Source of the DNA: Balanoglossus misakiensis
Taxonomy: Eukaryota > Animalia > Hemichordata
NCBI GenBank assembly: GCA_040954595.2
Contig: CM082576.2
Location: 2,516,760-2,580,759 of the forward strand
Reading direction: 5' to 3'
DNA length: 64,000 nucleotides
The position numbers and the translations under genes are program-made. The stretch's first letter is position 1. Every line of letters begins with the position of its first letter. The notes under the pieces were generated by a model, which searched no databases, was not told the origin of the DNA, and saw nothing but the letters and a program-made list of their open reading frames with translations. Positions 41,901-53,400 of the stretch are shown one piece after another.

Positions 41901-43920
41901 TTACAAGTGACGGGCATTCTATCCATGATATCATAGACCATGGAGTCTCGATTCTGCTTGACATCTTTGGGACAGAAAATATCTGGGTGTGACATTGTTT
42001 CTCAATCATGTCTAGTGTTCAAACACAACCAATACAGTAGTCCATTTTCATGACCCTATGTGACCTTTCTTGAGCTATACATGTACATTGTATGTAGCAA
42101 GGTGAATATTGAATGATGTATGATGTCATACCAACGAAACACCAGGATATGAGGTCACTCAGGGATCATGAAAATGGCGTGTTCTGAAAAGCTCTAGGTC
42201 ATAGACTGGCATAAAATGATCATGTGTGCGGAATGATGAGATGTGGGCATCGTGAAAGTTCAGAGAGATTGAAGAAGGATTGCAGAAAACAAACCTTGAT
42301 TGGGTATTAAGAGAAACTGAATGTTAATATGGCACACAACCACAAATAATGTAGAAGCTATAATCACTGTACTCTTTAGCAAGCCATTACATTTACTAAC
42401 ATGTATAGTTCAATGTATTTATTATTTATTAATTGTACTTTATCGAAGTCAACTGTTCTTGCTTTGTATGTTACAGTTCTTTGAACAGTCCATACTTCTG
42501 TATTCTACCTTTCTCCTTTCAGACTGGACGTTCTGTATTTGATAAATATATGTGTATATATAGCTACTCACTTTCTGTCATTTTAGCCTTTGTTTTTAAT
42601 CCAGTTGTAACAAGTTTCTTGATATGCAATCTTTTGATCTTTGAAATGGCAATAACATTGATTTTAGTCTACAATGAAAGCTTGGTACCTGTTACTGTGC
42701 GATATCACTCTTATCAAACATAGGTGAATGTCGAAAACAAAGATTTGGATTGTCTCTTTTGAAAGTTTAGTGTGGTCTTTTTAGCATGGGTGTGTGTGTT
42801 TGTATGTGAGTGTATTAGACCTGGCTATGTCTCTGAAGTCCCCAGAGAGGATGCCAGGAATGCTCTGATGGTCAATTTTATACCCATAATGCAATTATCC
42901 TGCGACTTGACTCCCTAGCATTCAGTTTATATGTAAGGTTACTGGTGCAGTTGCCATAGCAACAATGATACCGCCATGACTAAATTCAAGTCTGTGAATA
43001 TGGCTGTAAAACAACAAATGACTCTACTACAGATATACATGATTCCTGCACTAGGAAAGTGCTTTATTTCCATAATAAGCAAGACAAAAATAGGCTGGTT
43101 CAAAAAAACCACACCAAGTAAGGCAAAATTTTCTTGCTGAATTTTTTGTGGATAAAATAAAACATGCTTTTTACAAATCAATTTATTTCAAAAATAAAAG
43201 AAGGATGACATGCTCTGACTGGTGTAAAAGTTTTTTGTTTTTTTTTTGCGAAATCTGTAACAACTCTTGAAACTTTGGTATGGGAGCATATTTTGCTTTA
43301 AAAATGTCACTGCAACCCCTACATGTATTTTGAGTGACAAGGTGAGATCAAATAAACTGTAACTGCTTTATGTAACATTGAAAATGTTTCATAAAAAAAA
43401 CTTTTTTTTAAAAGAAAATCTTCAACACACCTTTACTTATGATGTTTTAGTTTTTGAAATCATCATGGATATGGATGCAATACAAACTGCATTGTTTCAT
43501 GCATGGGATGAACCATCATCTAGGTGATTATAAGCAGCTAACAGATAGCTGTTCTTGCTTCTGACTAAAACTCGAAAGCACCCCATTGTGCTATGATATG
43601 TGCGTGTGTGGGGAGGGGGCAGGGTCTGTTAATAAGGAACAAACTTTATATTAAATACCAAAGAGGGCTATAATTACCCCCACTTCTTTGCAAGTGCATG
43701 AAATAGAAGGCACGAATATTGGACTTATTTTGATATTGATATACTTTATATAATGGCAAGTATTATTTCGAGGAAAAAGAGCCAAATAAATATTCATTAA
43801 TATTGTAACCATAAAGTTCACATACTCAAAGTTTTCATTTTTTGTTTTAAATAAAGTTTGGCCAAATACGTAAATATTCAAACCATTCTACCATAAGTAA
43901 AACTGCTCAAACATCTTTAA

Positions 43921-44530
43921 AGGGGAAATCCGTCGTAGCTGATTTCTACATAATTTGGTAGCTTTGATGTCACTCTTTCAGAAAAAAACATATTCGCCAT
44001 GTATAGGTCGCGCGATTTTTTACAAAATCTAGGGAAAGTTGGCAGAATTTCCAATATGGCGTTTACTGTAATTTGAATCATGGGAAAAAAAGCGCCAGGA
44101 CCAACTTCCGCCCACCTTAGTGTGGGTGATACCATTTTCCGATTGGTGTCACTGCGTCACAAGCTAAGCGTATTTGCATATTTTCCATGGGTTATAGCTC
44201 ATGAAAACTGTCAATAGATGACAAATTTTCGACTTTGCTGATGATTGTTTATCAACTGATGCAAAGAACAAACAATAGCTATGAAAATACGCCTAGTCTG
44301 TCGCCCAGTGACACCTATCGGAGAATGGTATCACCCACACCATGGTGGGCGGAAGTTGGTCCTGGCGCTTTTTTTCCCATGATTCAAATTACAGTAAACG
44401 CCATATTGCCAACTTTCCCTAGATTTTGTAAAAAATCGCGCGACCTATACATGGCGAATATGTTTTTTTCTGAAAGAGTGACATCAAAGCTACCAAATTA
44501 TGTAGAAATCAGCTACGACGGATTTCCCCT
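43921..44530. mobile_element. Kolobok-type non-autonomous DNA transposon (MITE), about 250-bp imperfect TIRs, TTAA TSD
   Basis: TTAA(43917-43920)|AGGGGAAATCCGTCG...CGACGGATTTCCCCT|TTAA(44531-44534). The outer ~125 bp of the arms are identical and the left arm has a 9-bp insertion. Purine (RR) termini with TTAA are characteristic of Kolobok. Confidence 0.88.
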
Positions 44531-46149
44531 TTAATGGTGACCTTTGTCCTCTGACCTTTAACCTTCCCCATAGTGGCATTATCATAATTGGCCTCACCAT
44601 CACCACTACAATTTCATAACTAGGTTTTGCATGGAAAACAGCTGTTCAAGTGGCAAAATATTTAGCAAGTGGGCTTGCCATTTTACGCAAAAATAATAAA
44701 AATCTAAAAAAGTGATTTCCAGTCAATCACATGTAAATAATTATTTCTGAACATATTATATCCAGAGGGCTTTTTCTCTTGTAAACAAAAGTAATAAAGC
44801 ATTCATTACTAGATTTTGAATGTTGAAAGATTGCATATTCAGTACTGCGTACTGCAACATGTCTTCTATAATGTCCATTATTGAAATGACCAGTGAACTA
44901 TCAGAACCTGAAAGGTATACGGTCACCTATGCTGTTATCACGGAAAATTCAAATACAGACGATCACAGATTTTCAGTGGTGGCACACGAGAAAAAAGTGT
45001 GCCACCAAATGGTCAGTCAAACACTTATGCCCCTTTTGATCATATATAGGCATTACATGAAGGTAAATTACAGGTGACCATATACCTAATATGACCTATG
45101 AACTATGAACTTGAAACTTGTTCTAGATCAACACTCATATCATCTCCTAACTTTTTAACTTACTGTTAGAAAACTCTTTGGAAAAATGGAAATTGCAACT
45201 TTTCTCATAACCTAATTGCTTTTTATATCATTTTTTTGCTACCCTGTTACGTACTTCACACCCCTTTTTTTATTATGTAGAATGTATATTGACATTTGTT
45301 GTATTTGAAATGTGTAACTAACAAACCAGCACATCAAGATGGAAATTACTTCCATCTTTTCAAACCTTCCAAGCAGAAAATTTATCAATAAACTGAACTT
45401 TCTGTCAAGCAAAATGGATTCATGACAAGGCCGTATGTTTGAGTCGTACAAAGGGCTGGGCATCAACTCCTTATAAAACCAAAATTCTGATTGGCTCTTC
45501 AAGTGGCTTTCAGCCAATCAGAGGCTGGCTACTCTTGTGAAATATATCTGACTACCTTGTAACTCGCTGCTAGTTGTACATAACTCTATCAGGAGCGTGC
45601 ACTACAGTGCAAACCTAAATATCTTCCACACGAATAACTCAATATCAGCTACATAATTCTTCTTCTTTGATAAGAAATGTTCTGTTCAGTATGTTTTCCT
45701 GGTATGATTTTCATTCACAAGTCAGAAAATGACAGAACCATTTCTGGTCCCCAATATACTTGAAATCTGCCTGGGAATTTATTGTAAATAAGGATTTCTT
45801 ATACTGCATTATTCAAATCATACGGTACAAAATAAATAATCCTTTACTTCTAAGTATTTCCCCCTACAATTTTTAGACATAATATTTGCCATGAGACTAA
45901 GCAAGCATGGTAGTTAAAATTCATATTCTAAAAATCTCTGGTAATACTAGACACATTTCATTCATTTGGATCGGAATGAGAAAGCCACTAGTGATTACCG
46001 AACATAATAGGAAGTATTTCTTTCTCATTAACCTCTCTTCTCTTCTCTTTGGAATTTGATACTATTATCAAGAAGCCGTGTCTCATCATTTGCTAGACAG
46101 CGTTCCACGAACACAGGATTTTCTCAAAATCTGAAGCTACTGTTGACTT

Positions 46150-47414
46150 TCACTCTTCTTTATCATTCTCTTCTGTGGCAGCTGTAGGTTCACATTTCTC
46201 GGGTGCTTCTATACTCTCATTCTGTACTTTGGACTGATCTTCATCCTTTGAATCCACTTCTTCTTTCACAGGTGGCGTCTCTTCTACATTTGTTGCAGAT
46301 TCTTCTGCAGATGGTGTAGCTTGACTTTCGTCTGTTGAATCTATTTTTTTCTCTGCAGGTGCCGTCTCGTCTGCTTTCGTTGAAGATTCCTCTGCAGATG
46401 GGGTCTCCTTCTCCTCCTCTCTGGTTGCTTCTGTTGTTTCATCTTGCACGGGTTGGTCAGTGGTTTCCACGTTTGGTGGCGACTGCGGCACATCACTGTT
46501 TGCAGATTCCACGTTCTCATTTAGTTCTTCAGAAGCTGTCTGAGTGGTGGGTGAAGTTTCACTGCTTCCTTTCTCGGTTGTTGTGTCTGTTGAAGAGGCA
46601 ACGGTTTCACTCTTGCCTTCAGATCCTTCTGGCTCACACTTTTCCTGTGCATCTGCGACGACATCACTTTTCTCTGCTGGTTCTGTTTTGTCCTGTCCAT
46701 CCGCCACAGTGTCTGCTTTCTCACTGAAACCATTGGCCTCAGTCTGCGAGTTTTCACTTTTCTCTCCCGACAGCCGTCTCTCCTCGCCACCAATTTCCGA
46801 ATCGGCACTCTTGTACGACTCGAACGAGTCGCCTGTTTCACTCAGCGCTGCATCCTGGGAACCTTCCAGTCCCAAATCGACTCCTTTGATCTCTTCCGTG
46901 ATATCCCCATGGATAGCATGCACAACACCCTCTTCCTGCCCTCCCTCCTCTCCCTGCTGATTCTCGTGGTCCTGCTGATCTTGATTGTCTTCTGTCCACT
47001 CGTCTTCCTTACCTCGTACCCCGTCTTCTGACCACCCGTCATCTTTACCTTGTACCCCGTCCCCCTTCCCTTGGCTGCTCCCGCTGCCCGAATCCATCTC
47101 TGCTGCCCAGTCATTGACGTGCACGTGACCGGTTGGAGTTTTGAGGACACCCGGGGAGATGGGCGACAGAGGAGACGATGCGTGAATTCCTGGAGACAGA
47201 GCAGATGAGTCAGTGTCTTCAGGGGATGTCGGCACGTTGCTTTGTTCCCATTCCTTCCTGTTTCCATAACCTCCTTGCTTCTTTCCACCACCTCTCCTGT
47301 CGGGCGTCACATCCAGGGTTAACTTTGGACCTTTCCTTTTGTTGTCATTTTGCCTCTTTCGGTTTCCTCCATTGCCATCATTCTCACCCTTATTGGCCGG
47401 CCACGGTTTTGCAT
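46150..47414 (-). CDS. CCDC9: CCDC9 terminal coding exon (long acidic low-complexity tail)
   Basis: ttcttccccag|AT AKPWPANKGE...EENDKEE*, 1265 bp open frame, Glu/Asp/Ser/Thr-rich. Confidence 0.9.
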
Positions 47415-50400
47415 CTGGGGAAGAAAGAAACAACATGTTATCTGAAAATAAGGCTTAGTTCTACCAACATTTGCAAAGGGCAATATGCAATTGTATGTCT
47501 GGATAAAGCACTACTTTGTGGCAGACAGAAAACACAGCTACAACTGTACATTGTACAAATGTGAAAGATAGAAAATGCTAGCCGGCTGTTTTCTCTGTTT
47601 TGGGTGAGAGTTAAGTAGTGCATGCTTTCACCATTTGTGACCACTTGGAAGCATGCACCAAAGTACAGTGGTCAATGAAAGCACAGCAGGTATTAAACCC
47701 TGGTGCAGTTTGCATTGATAACACAGGCTGAAAAAGAATCAGCTGCAGAGATAACCAGTGCATGCAAACTTCAATGGTGGGCGTGGCTAGGAAAAACGGT
47801 AGCATATTATAAGTTACAAACTCCAGCATACAGCAGGGCTTTGAAAATCACACTAAACTGCAAGTCAGCATAAGAAAGAATTTATATATAGGTATACATT
47901 TTGTACATGTACCAAACCTGAAAAAGTCTGATTAATGCCCCTGGTAGACCCACACAAACACAGAAATATGTTAGTAATAATCATGTTATACCATCCAGTT
48001 ATGTTGCACACACACACACAGAAAGAAAGAAAGAAAGACTTCAAAGAAAGATTGTAAAGTTAGCAACTGATATCTTCACAGTTGTCAGATATGGGAATCA
48101 CATTTAAAATACACTGGTGTCACAGAATTTTGTACCAAGCCTTTCTCCATTGGCAGGATGGTGTGATGAGTAATATGAGAAGCAATTCATGCATTGATAT
48201 ATTTTTGGCTGAACACCCATAAACCCATGCAGACCCTTTAAGCCCATGTACATGCTTTGAAGCCATGCATATACCCCTGCATGCATTCCTCAGGTGAATG
48301 TACTTTCTCCCTGAAGACCCACCTGGTCGCTGTTTGCCTTTACCCCCACCTCTGGGTCCACGGTTGTCAAACCTTCCACTACCTATCCTGTCTCCTGTAT
48401 TGAAAGTACAGGTACAGAGAAAAGGTCAAAAACAGCAGTTGCTAGAGAACAGAGTTGAAGGCACCTGGTTGTAGTGGGGAGAGGAGGGGGGGGGGGCTAT
48501 TACTTTAGGAGTAGAGGATTTCCTTGGCAGATCCAGATGCAAAGATTATATGCAGATGGAAGACTCTCTGATCCCCAAACTTCCATTGTAAAGCATGAAA
48601 AGCTGGTCCAGATGCAGAGAGCACTTACAAGCAAAAGAACCACTTGGAGTTCTTAAAAATTTCTGAGGAAAAGACAAAAGCACCGCTAAAGCACCAAAGC
48701 ACGGCTAACATGATCACCCATCATGGAGGAAGCCCTGATGAGAACTCTTATTTTACGGGAAACATAGAGGACTCTCTATAGATCACATTAAATTTCTACA
48801 ATTGACGTATTAGAAGAAAGAAGGGATTCAACAGTTGCTGTGGGGATGACTCTCAAATAAGTAATGTGAATGAGTAGACCAATGTGGTTATAGGTCTTGT
48901 GAGATTAGACGTTTGGCAGAAAGCCTTCATTAATGAAGATACCTTTAAGGATTTTAACACTACAGGTATGTAGTAAGGTTTTTAATGAATACACAGTCAA
49001 TTGATTTTCCCCTTGGAAATAGTAACCATGCTGTATCATTCCTGTCCTCAGCAATACAGGAATATACATACTAGTACATGAAATTCAGTTTATCAGACTG
49101 GGAGATATACATAGTCTTGGTTTAATAATCGGACCCAAAATGAGGCTAACAAGATGGCTGCCCAAGTTGGGCCTGAGCGTTGTCGCCATCTTGATTACCC
49201 AGATACCATTGCAATTATAGTTCATGGAGAATGTTTAAGATGACAACAAACGATTATATAAAACATTCACAGAACAAGCGAGACTTCTGTCAGGGTGACA
49301 TCACCTTAGCTTCTTGAAAAAGCCATGACAGATAAAGTGCAAACAATTCGGTCAATAATTGATGATGATGATGATGGTGATGATGAACCCTTACCTCGGT
49401 TGCTTGATCTGGAAACTTGTTTATCATCCTCACTGGAACAAACAAACAAACGAATGAACATCAATATTGGGGGATGACATTATTTCAACAACTTGATCAT
49501 TATTTCTCACATGTGAAGTCTTTACAAAATCTGCTGGATGGAGTGATTATTACCACCAACCTACAAAGCAGCTACTATATTTCAGACAGTGACAATCAAA
49601 TCAAGACCGAGAAAATTATCCATTGTTGTTCTCATTTTTGTAACTGTTGAGATTAAATGAAACACTATAGAATAAATACTGCAGAATATGAAATCTAATC
49701 GTAACACATTCAGGGGGAAAAAAAGGTGTTGGTATAGCAACTGCTTGGCTATTATTTCGTGGGAGTCTCTGTAAGGCGGAAAATTGCCTATCTCGAATTT
49801 GCATGGATGTGATTGAATTTGCTGCGATATTTGTCGAGCAAAGCCACGTAAAACTGACTACCTCAATCGGCATTGAATTACAAGGTGTACAATGTTTTGA
49901 ATGTTTCAAGCCACTCTGAACCAATTTACATTAATGAAAGGGGCACATTTTCCTGTACAGGAAGTTACAGCCGTGTGTTTGTTAGCTGAGTGGGTGTAAA
50001 ATATCACTTGGCTTACTGCACAGGCTACTCTTGTCATTACAAATTTCCTGAAGAGCATTCAATGAATAAATATTACACACGACAAAAGCTGGTTTCCTAT
50101 ATTTGAATATTTGGCAGACTACAGGCTTCCAAGAACCAGAGTTATTTTCTTCCACTCACTCTTTCTTGTCTTTTTCCCTGTCCCACTCTCGCTTCCATTC
50201 CCCGGTTGCCCTCTTGTGTCTCTGAAGTCTTTCCTGGTCAATTCTCTCCCTTTCAGCTTTCCAGTCAGCATATTCCTTTCTCTCTCGGCCAGTCATACTC
50301 ATTGTCATGTCGCCGTGTGGACCACTATCCTGTATATCAAGAAAGGACATGTGCATGTACGTGTCATTCCCAAGTTGATTCAAGTGCAGTACAACTGTGC

Positions 50401-53400
50401 AAAAATAATCGCCAGCATACCCACAAATATCCCTTGAAATCATAGGTCATATTTATGTGGACAAACAGCACAGCAAAGCTCATATAAAAGAATTTATTTC
50501 GAGTCGATCAGGCTTTTATTGACTTATTACATGTGATTATAAACAACATACAAAAATTACTATGAGCTGCAGAAAACAGGCATCCATGACATCCTGCCTT
50601 TAATTTCAGGTTTAATGAAAAGTGACACAGTAACAAGACAGCTACACACACAGACATCAGCTGTTGTCATTTCCTGACAATTCCCAAGGACAAGTGAATC
50701 TATCCATGGCATCATTTTCATTTCAGGGGTCAGAAAGGAGTCTGAGAGTCCCCTGCTCTAATAATTTCTTTTTCAAACAGAATATTTCATCACAGAAGCA
50801 TTTACTACTACAGTGATCTAATTTGGAGTCGCAAATTTGTCATCTGAGATCAGATTTCCCATGACAATCATCTCCTGCTTTCATTGTACATGTGCCATCC
50901 AGATCAACCTCATAATATGATGTCTTCATTAATTATTTCGATAATTATCCCTCAGTGTAATTTAATTTTCACTCCCTATGGAAATGATTCACCTGAAAAA
51001 CAGGATTATCTCAAACAGTTTTTCTGTCTCCACACAAGTATGAACATCACTTGTTTTTGCAAGTTTTCACTTCTGCAGATGAGGCTGCTACTAAAAGGTA
51101 CTTAATTGACGCAACCATGCCACTGTCTCAGTTTCTCACGACACACGGAATAATGATACAAGGTCAGTCTGTTCCAGAAGAATAAATAGCTTTTTAAGTG
51201 ACAGCCATTAGTCTCATGTCAACATGTATCCTTGGGTACAAAAACACACCACCATATGCATTTCCTGATCGACTAAATGCAGATTGTGATGCTTGAATTG
51301 AGGCCAGATTGTTCAGCTCCAAACTGGCTTACAGATCATAATGTATTTGAAAATTAATTGGGAGTATCCCATCAGTGGTCCATATTTTGATACAAGAGGG
51401 ATTTGTGTGTCAAGCCCACAGGTTATACATGTATATTTCACTATGTGACCCAGTTATCATTAATATAAATATTGTTGCAACTGCTAAATTTTGACACGTA
51501 AAGTCGTAAAAAATATGGTTCCATGTGCTCAGAGCTGGGGAATTAAAACATTTACAAAGGGAAAATGGGTAATGACGTCATTTACCTTTTGTGAGTGGAA
51601 AGCTTTATTATGTAGACATCTTGCGTTTTCAATAAAATGTTGCCGACCTATGCTAACCTCACAAAATGTACGTTATGCGGAGCAACTAATGAAAGATAAT
51701 TAAATTGTGCATCGCGCCAAACCACAAAGGAACTGTTGCTGTCAATTCCCACGTCTTTCTCTGAATTAATCATTTTTGTTTCATGTTTTCAACAGCTGAA
51801 AGGAAATTGGTTTCTATGACAACATCACTGAAAGAATGAAATCTGATTCGCAACATTTAGTCTCAGAATTGCTCAAATCATGGTCTGGACAGCCAGAGGG
51901 GTAACCATGAAAACCACTCAAACTGTCTGACAACACTAAACCTGATGGGTGTGTGGAAACCACCAAAAAGTAATTACCAGTCCTTCTACAGTAAATATAT
52001 TTCTGGTGAAATTGAGTCCCAAGTATTTCAATTTCCCCTTCAAATCAACTGTGCATGTACATCAGTGTGGAACAAAGAAATGGTTTAACTTCTATCTGAA
52101 AAGATTGGGGGGTGGGGTGGGGTGATCATTTCACATTCTCTGTCCTGCCAGAATGTCACCCCCACATCATGATGTGATTGGAGCAGTGCTAATCAGTTGT
52201 GTTTATCGTGCAAATACATATTCCAGGAAACTTAATAACTTTAAGAAAGAGCCAGTTCTACAGTGTTGCACCCAAATCCAATATCTAACACTTGATTATC
52301 AACCATGTTGATGAATACAAACCTTTTTCTCTGACCGATGTCTGGAGACTTGCATCTTAGCATCATCAAAGCTGGTGCCTCCCCAGTTTCTAGGATGTCT
52401 GCGGCTCTCCCCAATTTCTGACCGTCTGTTGTCGTCAAGGAAGCTGTACGATTTAGTTGGTTTGCCACCCTGCCAAGAATAATCACATCAAAACTTTTTT
52501 GATCAACGATAGCATGTCTCAAATTTAGTCCGTGTTTACAAAATGATTTCCACAATGATAATGGCTGTTTGGATGCTTACACAAAGTGAAATTCAACGTA
52601 CACATGCTCCTGAAAGTCAACAAACAAAGTACATCTGAACACACCTTATTTCTGTCAAATTCATTAGACGCTTTTAGTTCCTCTTCCATTGCCTGAATAT
52701 TATGCCTCCTTTTTTCTTCCCATTCCTGATGATGAATTAAAATCATTTTGTCATTCTGTATACAGTACTGTAAAGAGAATGTCGCCACTTCTCACAATAG
52801 ATTTTCATAGATTCCCCACGAACTTATAAACACTAGCAAGGAATTCAATTGACCCTTTTTATTTCATTTTTCTCACAAATCTCCAATCACATCAGTGATG
52901 TATGGTTCCTCAAGGATGCTTGATTTGATCAGAAAACCACAAGCCATGAAACAGAAACAAATACCTTTCTGTCTTTTTCTTCTTTGGTCATTTTCACAAT
53001 CCGTCTGGGTTCGCCCTTTTTCCCCTGCATATTTACTGACACTGTAATATTCTGTATTTCAAGAAATAATACAGACGTATGAGAATCTCTCCATGTGTAC
53101 ATCACTGTTGCAAAATATGCAATTCCCAAACATCTCTATCCCTGTGTAGGAATCTTTCCACACAACTCAACATCACCAAGTGGCAACAATTCCTTGCTCC
53201 ACTTTGGGCTGAGTGCCAAAGTGTATCTCAAACATCTGTAGTGGAAACTTTTAACGCTGTTCAAGCCATCCTCGTTATCAGAATTAAAATGTCATAATGT
53301 ACCATGATTTGTGTATTAATGCCACTCTACAAGGGTATATGGGTTTAATGCTTCTCCCACTGTGGCTTACAGCTGTGTGGATGATATGAGGGTGAAATCT

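Noticed and set aside
43917-44534. Two near-identical ORFs on opposite strands (MVSPT...YDGFPL)
   Set aside because: They are the two arms of the MITE inverted repeat and show no transposase motifs.
46335-47564. Several 100-150-aa ORFs overlapping the last CCDC9 exon
   Set aside because: Antisense and alternative-frame shadows of a low-complexity coding exon.
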